A stretch of DNA of 64,000 nt from Squalus acanthias (Eukaryota): contig CM059430.1 of NCBI GenBank assembly GCA_030390025.1, positions 74,710,001 to 74,774,000 on the forward strand. Reading direction: 5' to 3'. Under the pieces are notes generated by a model. The model ran no database searches and was not told where the DNA came from. It saw only the letters and a program-made list of their open reading frames with translations. Both the position numbers and the translations under genes were made by a program. Positions 26,750 through 37,063 of this stretch are shown piece after piece. Position 1 is the first letter of the stretch, and every line of letters begins with the position of its first letter.

Positions 26750-26968
26750 TAAGAACATAAGAACATAAGAAATAGGAGCAGGAGCCTGCTCCGCCATTCA
26801 ATAAGATCATGGCTGATCTGATCCTAACCGCCAATCTACTATCTACTATCACAGAACCATCTCCTGCATCTAACAGAATTGCACACACGAAATAGGAGCA
26901 GAATCAGGCTACACGGTCCCTGGGCCCGCTCCACTACCCACAGGGCCATGACCGATCCGAACCTGGAC

Positions 26969-29921
26969 TCATGTCCAAATTCCTGCCCGCTCCCCGCAAC
27001 CCTTAATGCCCTTTACTTCTAGGAAACTGTCTATTTCTGTTTTAAATTTATTTAATGATGTAGCTTCTACAGCTTTTTGTGGCAGCATATTCCATGGACC
27101 TACCACCCTCTGAGTGAAGTAGTTCCTCCTCATCTCAGTTTTGAAAGAGCAGCCCCTTATTCTAAGACTATGTCCCCTAGTTCTAGTCTCACCCGTCATC
27201 GGGAACATCCTCCCCGCATCCACCCGATCCAACCCCTTCACAACCTTATATGTTTCAATAAGATCGCCTCTCATTCTTCTGAACTCCAATGAGTAGAGTC
27301 CCAATCTACACAACCTCTCCTCATATGACCACCCCCTCATCCCCGGGATTAACCGAGTGAACTTTTTTTGCACTGCCTCTAGAGCTAGGATGGCTTTCCT
27401 TAAGTAAGGACACCAAAACTGTATGCAGTATTCCAGGTGCGGTCTCACCAATACCTTGTACAACTGAAGCAACACCTCCCTATTTTTATATTCTATCCCC
27501 CTAGCAATGAAAGCCAACATTCCATTTGCCTTCTTAATCACTTGCTGCACCTGCATACTAACCTTTTGAGTTTCGTGCACCAGGACCCCCAGATCCCTTT
27601 GCACTTCAGTACTCTCCAGTTTCTTGCCATTAAGATAATAAATTGCTCTAGGATTTTTCCTGCCAAAGTGCATCACCTCACACTTTCCAGTGTTGTATTC
27701 CATCTGCCAAATCTCTGCCCACTTACTTAGCCTGTCTATGTCCCCTTGCAGTTTTTTTATGTCCTCCTCACTCACTACTTTCCCTCCCATCTTAGTATCA
27801 TCTGCAAATTTTGATATGTTACACTTGGTCCCTTCCTCCAAATCGTTAATATAGATTGTAAAGAGTTGGGGACCCAGCACTGACCCCTGTGGAACACCAC
27901 TAGTTACTGATTGCCAGTCTGAGAATGAACCATTTATCCCAACTCTTTGCTTTTTGTTAGATAGCCAATCCTCTATCCATGCCAGAATATTACCCCCAAT
28001 CCCGTGATTTTTTACCTTAAGCAATAATCTTTTGTGTGGCACCTTGTCAAATGCCTTTTGGAAGTCTAAATACACTACGTCTACTGGTTCCCCTTTATCC
28101 ACTCTATATGTTACTTCCTCAAAGAACTCCAGCAAATTTGTCAAACATGACTTCCCCTTCGTAAAACCATGCTGACTTTGTCCTATTAAATTATGATTAT
28201 CCAAATGTCCAGTTACTGTTTCCTTAATAATGGACTCCAAATTTTTACCTACCACAGATGTTAGGCTAACCGGTCTATAGTTACCAGCCTTCTGTCTACT
28301 GCCCTTTTTAAATAAGGGTGTTACATTAGCAGTTTTCCAGTCTGCCGGGACCTTAGTGGAATCCAGGGAGTTTTGAAAAATTATTACCAATGCATCTACA
28401 ATCCCTACCGCCACTTCCTTCAAGACTCTAGGATGTAAGCCATCAGGTCCAGGTGATTTATCCGCCTTGAGTCCCATTATTTTACCGAGTACCACTTCCT
28501 TAGTGATTTTGATCGTGTTTAGCTCCTCTCCCCCTATAGCCCCCTGTTTGTCCAGTGTTGGGATATTCCTAGTGTCCTCTACTGTAAAGACTGATACAAA
28601 ATATTCATTCAGTGTTTTTGCCATCTCCATATTTCCCACCATTAATTTCCCGGTCTCATCCTCTAAGGGACCAACATTTACTTTAGCCACCCTTTTTCTT
28701 TTTATATAACTATAAAAACTCTTACTATATGTTTTTATATTTTTTGCTAATTTACATTCATAATCTATCTTCCCTTTCTTAATCAATCTTTTTGTTATTT
28801 TTTGCTGCCTTTTAAAGTTTTCCCAATCCTCTGTCCTCCCACTAGATTTCGCTACCTTATATGCCCTTGTTTTTAGTCGAATACTATCCTTAATTTCTTT
28901 ACTTAGCCACGGATGACTGTCCTTTCTTTTACACCCTTTTCTTTTCAGTGGAATATATATTTTTTGGAAGTTGTAAAATAACTCCTTGAATGTACACCAC
29001 TGATCATGTGTCGTCTTACCCTTTAATCTATTTTCCCAATCCACTCTACTCAATTCCGCTCGCATACCTTCATAGTCTCCTTTATTCAAGCTTAGCACGC
29101 TTGTTTGAGATCCAACCTTCTCACCCTCTAATTGAATATGGAATTCAACCATGTTATGATCACTCATTCCAAGGGGATCCTTTACTAGGACATTTTTAAT
29201 TAATCCTGTCTCGTTACATAGGACCAGATCTAAGGTTGCTTGCCCCCTGGTCGGTTCAGTTACATACTGCTCAAGAAACCCATCCCTAATACACTCAATG
29301 AACTCATCCTCAAGGCAGCCCTGCCCCATTTGATTTGTCCAATTAATATGATAGTTAAAATCCCCCATAATTATAGATGTTCCCTTATTACATGCCTCAA
29401 CTATTTCCTGATTGATACTCCGTCCAACAGAGTTGCAACTGTTCGGAGGCCTATAGACTACGCCCACTAATGTTTTTTTTCCCCTTATTATTCCTTATCT
29501 CCACCCAAACTGTTTCATTATCATGATTTTTTGACCCAATATCATTACTCTGTATTACAGTGATTCCTACCTTTATTAACATAGCCACCCCACCTCCCCT
29601 TCCTTCCTGCCTGTCCTTCCTGATCGTTAAATAACCTGGTATGTTTAATTCCCAGGCATTGTCACCCTGCAGCCATGTTTCTGTAATGGCCACAATAGCA
29701 TAACCATATGTAATTATTTGTGCCATTAACTCGTCTATTTTGTTACGAATGCTACGTGCATTCAGATAGAGAACTTTCAAATATGCTTTGTGGCACTTAG
29801 TTCCTGCTTTTTCACTTTTTACCACTTTACCTTTTACTCCACACACTCTGTCCCTTCCTGCCACTCTCTGATTTGTGATTTCCCTACTGCTACCTATGTC
29901 TATGACCCTCTCTGTTGTCAT
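26969..29921 (-). CDS. CR1 ORF2: APE endonuclease + reverse transcriptase (one +1 frameshift in A8 at 29473-29480)
   Basis: 156-aa ORF (YLNARSIRNK, AITETWL, GGGVA) joins an 832-aa ORF (YRPP, GDFN, SDH, LDFQKAFD, GVPQGSVLGP, FADD, HLEYC) if one A is removed, restoring KGKKTLVGVVYRPP. Confidence 0.95.
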
Positions 29922-29959
29922 TTTTATTTTTTGCTCTCTTGAAACCTCCCCCCCACTAA

Positions 29960-30916
29960 TTAGTTTAAAGCCCTCTCCACAGCCCTAGTTATTCGATTCG
30001 CCAGGACATTAGTCCCAGCACTGGCCAAGTGAAGTCCGTCCCAACGGAACAGCTCTCTCCTGCCCCAGTACTGGTGCCAGTGTCCCAAGAAGCAAAACCC
30101 ATTTTTCCCACACCAGTCTTTGAGCCACGCATTCAACTCCCTGATTTTATTTACCCTAGCCAAATTTGCTCGTGGCTCAGGTAGTAATCCAGAGATTATT
30201 ACCCTCGAGGTTCTGCTTTTTAATTTGGCCCCTAGCTGCTCAAACTCCCTCAGCAGAACCTCTTTCCTTGTTCTATCTATGTCATTGGTACCAACATGGA
30301 CCACGACAACTGGATCCTCCCCCTCCCACTCCAAGTTTCTCTCCAGCCCAGAGGAGATGTCCTTAACCCTGGCACCGGGCAGGCAACACAGCCTTCGGGA
30401 CTCTCGCTCTTGGCTGCAAAGAATCCTATCTATCCCCCTAATGATACTATCCCCTACCACTACAACATTTCTTTTTACTCCCCCCACTTGAATGGCCCCC
30501 TTTACCACGGTGCTGTGGCCAGGTTGCTCATCCTCCCTGCAGTCCCCGCTCCTATCCACACAGGGAGTAAGAGCCTCGAACCTGTTGGACAAGAGCAAGG
30601 GCTGCGGCTCCTCCAACACTACCTCCTGGATCCCTGTACCTGCCTCACTCGTAGTCACACCTTCCTGTCCCTGACCACGGGCTACTTCTGAAGTAGTTAC
30701 TCTAATTGGTGTGACTACCTCCTGAAACACGGAGTCCAGGTAACTCTCCCCCTCCCTGATGTGTCGCAGTGTTTGAAGCTCGGACTCCAGCTCATCAACA
30801 CGGAGCCGGAGTTCCTCGAGCAGCCAACACTTACTGCAAATGTGTTCACCGTGAACATCAATGGTGTCCACCAGCTCCCACATATTGCAGCAGTAACACA
30901 TCACCTGCTCTCCCAT
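29960..30916 (-). CDS. CR1 ORF1 protein: zinc finger/leucine zipper + SGNH esterase domain
   Basis: 318 aa open frame with CxxC...HxCxxC, coiled coil LEELRLRVDELESEL, and SGNH blocks GDS, PGA, GTND, DGLH. Confidence 0.95.
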   Translation of the reverse strand: MGEQVMCYCCNMWELVDTIDVHGEHICSKCWLLEELRLRVDELESELQTLRHIREGESYLDSVFQEVVTPIRVTTSEVARGQGQEGVTTSEAGTGIQEVVLEEPQPLLLSNRFEALTPCVDRSGDCREDEQPGHSTVVKGAIQVGGVKRNVVVVGDSIIRGIDRILCSQERESRRLCCLPGARVKDISSGLERNLEWEGEDPVVVVHVGTNDIDRTRKEVLLREFEQLGAKLKSRTSRVIISGLLPEPRANLARVNKIRELNAWLKDWCGKNGFCFLGHWHQYWGRRELFRWDGLHLASAGTNVLANRITRAVERALN

Positions 30917-31132
30917 TCTATGTAATTAATTAAAAATTTACTATTTTCCCTTCAGTTAATTTATGCCAGCAGTCTCCGCTACACCACAGATACCCGAGAA
31001 ACTATATACTATGGAATTGAAGTTTTGTATAAAAAAAAGAGAAATACTCACCAACCAATCACTTACCTGCTTTCTGGTGACGTCACACTTCGATTATTTT
31101 TTACCTCTCTCCTGCTCTCGGCTTGGTGAAAG

Positions 31133-31280
31133 CCTACCTGGTCGCTGCCGCCTTTTACCGCCGCCGCCTCGCCGCTGTTGCTCCACCCAGGTCCGCCGCC
31201 TCTGTGGGCCTACCTGGTCGCTGCCGCCTTTTACCGCCGCCGCCTCGCCGCTGTTGCTCCACCCAGGTCCGCCGCCTCTG
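31133..31280 (-). repeat. Two identical 76-bp GC-rich monomers at the CR1 5' end
   Basis: cctacctggtcgctgccgcc...gccgcctctg occurs at 31133 and again at 31209 (second copy 4 nt short) with no mismatches. Confidence 0.95.
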
Positions 31281-32890
31281 ATCCAACTGCTGTACCACCT
31301 CCTCTTTTACTGAGACACTGGCAGCATCCTCTTCTTCAGTGAAGACAGATGCAAAGTACTCATTTATTCGCTCAGCCATCCCCTCTCCCTGCACAAGAAC
31401 ATCTCCGATTACGTACCAATTTGTCCGCACCCTTCCTTTTGTTACCCTTTTTTATGATTTATATGTTGCCATCTGATATATTTTCATGAAACCTCTTTAT
31501 CCCTCTTATTTAGTTTTTCAGTTCTCCTCTGCAGTTTCCGTACACAGCTTGGTTATCTATTGTATTATGTACCTGATATCTATCATAACCTTTCTTTTTC
31601 TCTTCCATTTTAATCTCTATATCTTTAGTCATCCTAGGACCTCTAGATTTGATACCCTGCCTTTACCGAGGTGGGCTCGTGCCTCTTCTGTACCCGAACG
31701 TTCTCCTCTTTGAAGGTTTCTCATTGCTCACTTACTGTTTTAACCGTCAATCTTTGATTCCAATCCAGCTGGGCCAGGTCTCCTTTTAACTGAATAAAAT
31801 GAGCCTTTCCAGTTTTGCATTGTATCATTTGATTTTTCCTCAACTTTATCACAAAGCTTCTAAGCCTAATGATATTGTTTCTGTTCAATGTTTTCGAAAT
31901 GATTCCCCACTGAAACATGCTCCACTTTTCGTACTTAATTCCACAGAACTAGATCCCGCACTGCTTTCTTCCTCGTTGGACCAGAAGCATACTGATCAAG
32001 AATGCTCTCTTGTACACATGTCAGGAATTCAGCACCCTCTTTATCCTTTACACTCTTACTATCCCAGTCTAAGGTACAATAATTGACGTCCCTCATTATA
32101 ATTTTCTAAATATCTTGCATCTTTCTGAATTTGCCTGAAAATGTGCTCATCTATATCCCTCTGATCATTTGGTGGCCTACAGTATAAACCCAGTAGCGTA
32201 ATAGCTCCTCTATTGTTCCTTAATTCTAAACAAATAGATGCTGTCTTTGAACCATTAAGTGGATCATCGATTTCCACACCTGTAATAGTAAGTTTCATTA
32301 AAACAGACTCCCCTCCCTCATTTGCTGATCTTTCGGGAATAGGTTGTAGCCAGGAAAATTAAGTTTCCAATCCTCTATTGTTTCAGCCAGGTCTTCCAAA
32401 TTGCAACTATATCATAACCGCTTGTGTCTGCTTGTGCCTGCAGCTCACCAAGCTTATTTATCACGCTTAGTTAATTTCTGCACATGCAATTCAAACCCAA
32501 CTTAAACTCTTTTGCAGTTCTCTCCTGTCTTATCTCTCCTATTCCTGAACTTTTCTTTATTGTGATGCTGTTTCTCCCTCCCAGTGCTCTGCGAACTTTG
32601 CTTTTCCTCTCTAATGTTTTATCCTGATGCGTCTCCATGCGTCAAATTAGTTTAAACCCTCCCCCACAGCATTAGTTAAATTCCCCGCGAGGACATTGGT
32701 CCCAGGCCCGTTGATGTACATCACTTCCACCTTGTACAGGTCACTCCTGTCTCAGAACTAATCCCAGTGACCTGAAATTAGGAGCCCTCCCACCTGCAGC
32801 ATCTCACCAGCGACCCGTTAACCTGTTTTATCTTACTCTTGTTCTGTTCACTAGCCCTTGGCACTGGGAGTAATCAAGATATTGCCAAAT
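31281..32890 (-). mobile_element. Old CR1 copy H, middle part (EN region and ORF1 C-terminus)
   Basis: NEYFASVFTEEED and LGLYCRPPN fragments; collinear with 26749 across the young insertion. Confidence 0.85.
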
Positions 32891-32899
32891 TTTAGGCAT

Positions 32900-34443
32900 C
32901 CACAAGTATGTAAAAAGAGAGAAGCAAAATCAAGCGTTCGTCCCTAACAAGCTGAGACAGGAGCAATTATATTGGAGAGCCAGAACATGGAAGAGACTTT
33001 AAAGAACTATTTTGTATCTGTCTTCACGTTAAAAGACAAAAAAAAGCGTACCAAAATAGTGAGGAACAAAGGGGCTAATGAGATCGAGAAACTTAAATAA
33101 TTAACATCAAAAGAGAAAAAGTACTCGAGAAACTGATGGGACTAAAAGCCGACAAACCCCTGGACCAGATGGCCTACAACCGAGGATTCTAAAAGAAGTG
33201 TCTGCAGAGATAGTGCATGCATTGATTGTGATTTTCCAAAAATCCCTAATTTCAGGTATCGTACCAGCAGATTGGAAGGCAGCAAATGTATCCCGCTATT
33301 CAAGAAAGGAGGCAGAGAGAAAACAGGAAAATACAGGCCAGATAGCCTGATATCAGCCGTCGGGAAAATGCTGGAATGTCTTATTAAGGAAGTGGTAACA
33401 GGGTAAATAGATAATCACAATATGAGTAAGTAGAGTCAACATGGATTTATGAAAGTTAAATCGTGTTTCACAAATTTGTTAGACGTTGTTCAGGATGTAA
33501 CTAGCAGGGTAGATAAAGGGGAACCAGCGGATGTAATATATTTGGCTTTCCAAAATGTGCTCAATTACGTGCCACATGAAAGATTGTTGAGCAAGATAAG
33601 GGCAATGGTGTTGAGGGTAATGCATTAGCATGGATAAAGAATTGTTTAACAGACAAAGAACAGAAAGTAGGGATGAGCAGGTCATTTTCAGATTGGCAGG
33701 CTGCAACTATTGGGGTGCCGCAAGGATCAGTGCTTGGGCCTCAGCTATTACAATCTATATTAATGCCTCAGATGAAGGCACCGAGTGCAATGATGCATGT
33801 TTGCTGACGATAAAAAGCTAGGTGGAATATGTAAGATCTGAGGAGGACGCAAAATGCCTGAAAATGGATATAGGTAGGTTAAGTAAGGTGGCAGATGGAG
33901 TAAAATGTAAGGAAATTCACTTTGGTAGGACGAATAGAAAAATATATTTTTTTTAAATGGTGAGAAACTATTAAATGTTGGTGTTCAGAGAGATTTAGGT
34001 ATCCTGGTACAAGGAAAACAAAGAGTTCGCATGCAGTTACAGCAAGAAATTACGAAGGCAAATGGCATGTTGGCATTCATTGCTAGAGGGTTGGAGTACA
34101 AGTGTAAGGAAGTCTTGCTACACTCGTACGGGGCTCTGGTGAGACCTCACCTGGAGTACTGTGCACAGTTTTGGTCTCCTTATTTAAGGAAGGATATACT
34201 TGCCTCAGAGGCGGTGCAACAAACGTTTTAGATTGATTCCCAAGATGAGAGGTATGTCCTATGAGGAGAGATGAAGTAGATTGGGCCTATAGTCTCAGGA
34301 GTTCAGAAGAATGAGAGGCGATCTCATTGAACCATGTGAGATTCTGATGGGGATTGAAAGGATGAATGCTGAGAGGTTGTTTTCCCTGGCTGGAGAGTCT
34401 AGAAATACAGCGCATTGCCTCAGGATAAGGGGCCGTCCTTTTA
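32900..34443 (+). mobile_element. CR1 copy I, ORF2 (3' end resumes 36018-36290)
   Basis: KANGMLAFIARGLEYK and [18 protein letters not shown]; breaks at gtcctttta and resumes at ttttaataatgagatgaggagg. Confidence 0.9.
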
Positions 34444-36017
34444 TACGATAGCAAAATACTGCAAATGCTGGAAATCCGAAATAACAACTGAAAACGCTGG
34501 GAAAACGCAGCAGGCGAGGCAGCATCCTTGGAGAGAGAAACAGAGTTAACGTTTCAGGTCGATGACCTTTCGTCAGAACTGGAAAGAGCTGAAATCAAAT
34601 AGATTTAAGGCAAGGATGAGGCTGGGAAAAGGGGGAGGGGATGAAAGAACAAAAGGGGAGATTAAGAGACATTAAGAGACATTAAGAGATATGCAGGGCA
34701 AGAGGTGGTGTTAATGTTACAGGTTAAGCCTGAAAGAAGTGTGAAATCCACTGGCAGAATGAGGGACAGCTGCCAGCTTCTAGGAAGGAAAAAAAAAAGT
34801 GTGGGGGGCAAATAAAAGGGTGGATGAAAAAATAAAATATAAATGTGATAGGGGCTGAGATTATGTTCTAAAATTGTTGAACTCGATATTGACTCCAGAG
34901 GGCTGTAGCGTGCCTAAACGAAAGATGAGGTGCTGTTCCTCGAGCTTACACTTTGCTTCCGTGGAACAGTGTAATAGGCCGAGGACGGTGAGGTCAGAGT
35001 GGGAGTGAAGAGATGAATTGAAGTGACAGGCAACCGGGAGCTTGGGGTCCCCCTTACGGATTGAACGGAGGTGTTCCGCAAAGCGGTCACCCAATCTGCG
35101 TTTGGTCTCCCCAATGTAGAGGAGACCACATCGTGAGCAGCGAATACAGTATACTAAATTGCAGGAAGTACAAGTAAATCGCTGTTTCACCTGGAAGGGG
35201 TGTTTGGGGCCTTGGTCAGTGGGAAGAGGTGAGGTATAAGGGCATCAGTTGCATCTCCTGTGCTTGCACGGGAAGGTGTCGGGCGAAGGGGATGAGTTGC
35301 TGGGGGTGGTAGAGGAGTGGACTAGGGTGTCACGGAGGGAGCGGTCCCTGCGGAATGCTGAAAGGGGAGGTGAGGGGAAGATACGTTTGGTGGTGGGATC
35401 ACGCTGGAGGTGGCGGAAATGGCGGAGGATGATCGGTTGAATGTGGAGGCTGGTGGGGTGAAAGGTGAGGACAAGGGGAACTCTACCGTGGTTCCGGGAG
35501 GGAGGGGCAGGGGTGAGGGCAGTAGTGCGGGAGATAGAACGGACACGGTCGAGGGCCGTGTCGGAAACGGTAGAAGGGAATCCTCGGTTGAGGAAAAAGG
35601 AAGACATGTCGGAAGCAGTGGTATGGAAGGTGGCATGATCAGAGCAGATGCGGCGGAGATGGAGAAACTGGGAAAATGGAATAGAGTCCTTACAGGAGGC
35701 GGGTGGGAGGAAGTGTAGTCCAGGCTGCTGTGGGAATCAGTGGGCTTGTAGTGAATGTTAGTCAATAACCTATCCACAGAGATGGAGACGGAGAAGTCGA
35801 GGAAGGGAAGGGAAGAGTCGGAGATGGACCATGTGAAGGTGAGGGAAGGGTGGAAACTGGAAGCATAGTGAATGAAATGTTCTAGTTCAGGGCGAGAGCA
35901 GGAGACGGCACCGATACAGTCATCATTGTACCGGAAAAAGAGGTGATGCAGGGGACCCGAGTAGGACTGGAACAAATAGTGTTCCACATAACCCACGAAA
36001 AGGCAGGCATAGCTAGG
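34444..36017 (-). mobile_element. Penelope-like element (probably Neptune-type), 5'-truncated
   Basis: RT remnants PSYACLFVG and FFRYNDD, thumb, Cys-rich linker, GIY-YIG endonuclease LVYCIRCSRCGLLYIGETKRRLGDRFAEH; 3' pseudo-LTR at about 34450-34620. Confidence 0.93.
34544..34580 (-). ncRNA. Minimal type-I hammerhead ribozyme motif
   Basis: Minus strand: agtt CTGACGA a aggtc atc gacct GAAA cgtt aact. Core boxes, 5-bp stem II, palindromic ACGT in place of stem III, and stem I agtt/aact. Confidence 0.8.
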
Positions 36018-36290
36018 TTTTAATAATGAGATGAGGAGGAATTTCTTCACTCAGATGGTTGTGAATCTTGGGAATTCACTGCCCCAAAATTCCTACGGAT
36101 GCACATTCGTTGTGTATATTCAGAGCTGTAATAGATAGATGTTTGGACTCCAGCGGATTCAAGGGATATGGTGTTAGGGCAGGAAAGTGGAGTTGAGCTC
36201 GATGATCATCTCTGCTCTTATTGAATGGCGGAGCAGGCTTGAGGGTCCGTATGGCCTACTCCTGCTTCTAATTCGTATGTTCTTATATTC
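36018..36290 (+). mobile_element. CR1 copy I, 3' end
   Basis: EMRRNFFTQ segment, 3' UTR and ttcgtatgttcttatattctta tail. Confidence 0.88.
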
Positions 36291-36950
36291 TTAACTTGCT
36301 CCCTAGTTCCTTCAGAACTGTCTGTAGGACTTTGACACTTACCTTCCTATGTAATTGGTTCTCACATGGAATTCGAATTTTGGTATCTCCATTTCCCCCC
36401 GAAAAAGGTTCTGCATCTGTACAGTGATGTAATTTCCTCTAGCATCAGGAAGGCAACACATCAGGCCTGACACTTCGCATGTCCAGCCCTCTGCCTATCG
36501 AGCCCGCTAGGGTCACTGCATGCCTACACATCGCTGTGCACCCTTTGCAGTCATTTGTACCACGTTGCCATGGATGTGCACCAGATTGTAATTCCCCACG
36601 ATGTCTTCAACCTTACCGGCCTTCAGTAAAAAAAAAACGGATTGAGCGTGCCACACTCCAGGCGGATTCGTGCACATCCAGCATCTTCCTACCCAGCCGG
36701 ATGGCCACCCATTTATTATTCACCTGATCTCTATGTGGCTGCGGGGTGACCACCTCCTGGAAAGTGAGATCCAGGAAATTCTCAACCTCCCGTATGCCCA
36801 GCAGTGACTCCAGTCTCACCTCTATTTCAGAAAACCTGAGTTGGTGCTCGAGCAACCGGAGGCACTACCTGCACACATGCCATCCCGAAGTTTCCACTTG
36901 GCACAGCAATTGCAGAAAACGGGGCTTCTCTGTCCCATCATTTTAATTAA
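36290..36950 (-). mobile_element. CR1 ORF1 remnant (probable 5' part of copy H)
   Basis: ORF 36613-36855 LESLLGIREVENFLDLTFQEVVTPQ matches LQTLRHIREGESYLDSVFQEVVTP of the intact ORF1. Confidence 0.75.
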
Positions 36951-37063
36951 AGTCTATCTGCAAAAGGTACATAACGTTACACATATGTTTTAGTTTAGCA
37001 CCCCGTTAAATATCAATTATTTCGTTAATATTGATATGTAATTAAACTATATTTACATAAATG

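Larger units (their letters stand above)
26750..31280 (-). mobile_element. Young, essentially full-length CR1 LINE
   Basis: Intact ORF1, ORF2 broken only by one homopolymer frameshift, identical 76-bp 5' repeats, (TTCTTATG)n tail. Confidence 0.97.

Noticed and set aside
31133-31280. Direct repeats as a CRISPR-like array
   Set aside because: Contiguous tandem monomers with no unique spacers, in a eukaryotic LINE 5' UTR.
31155-31430. 91-aa ORF with Arg/Gly-rich C-terminus
   Set aside because: Chance fusion of an old CR1 ORF2 remnant with the young CR1 5' monomers.
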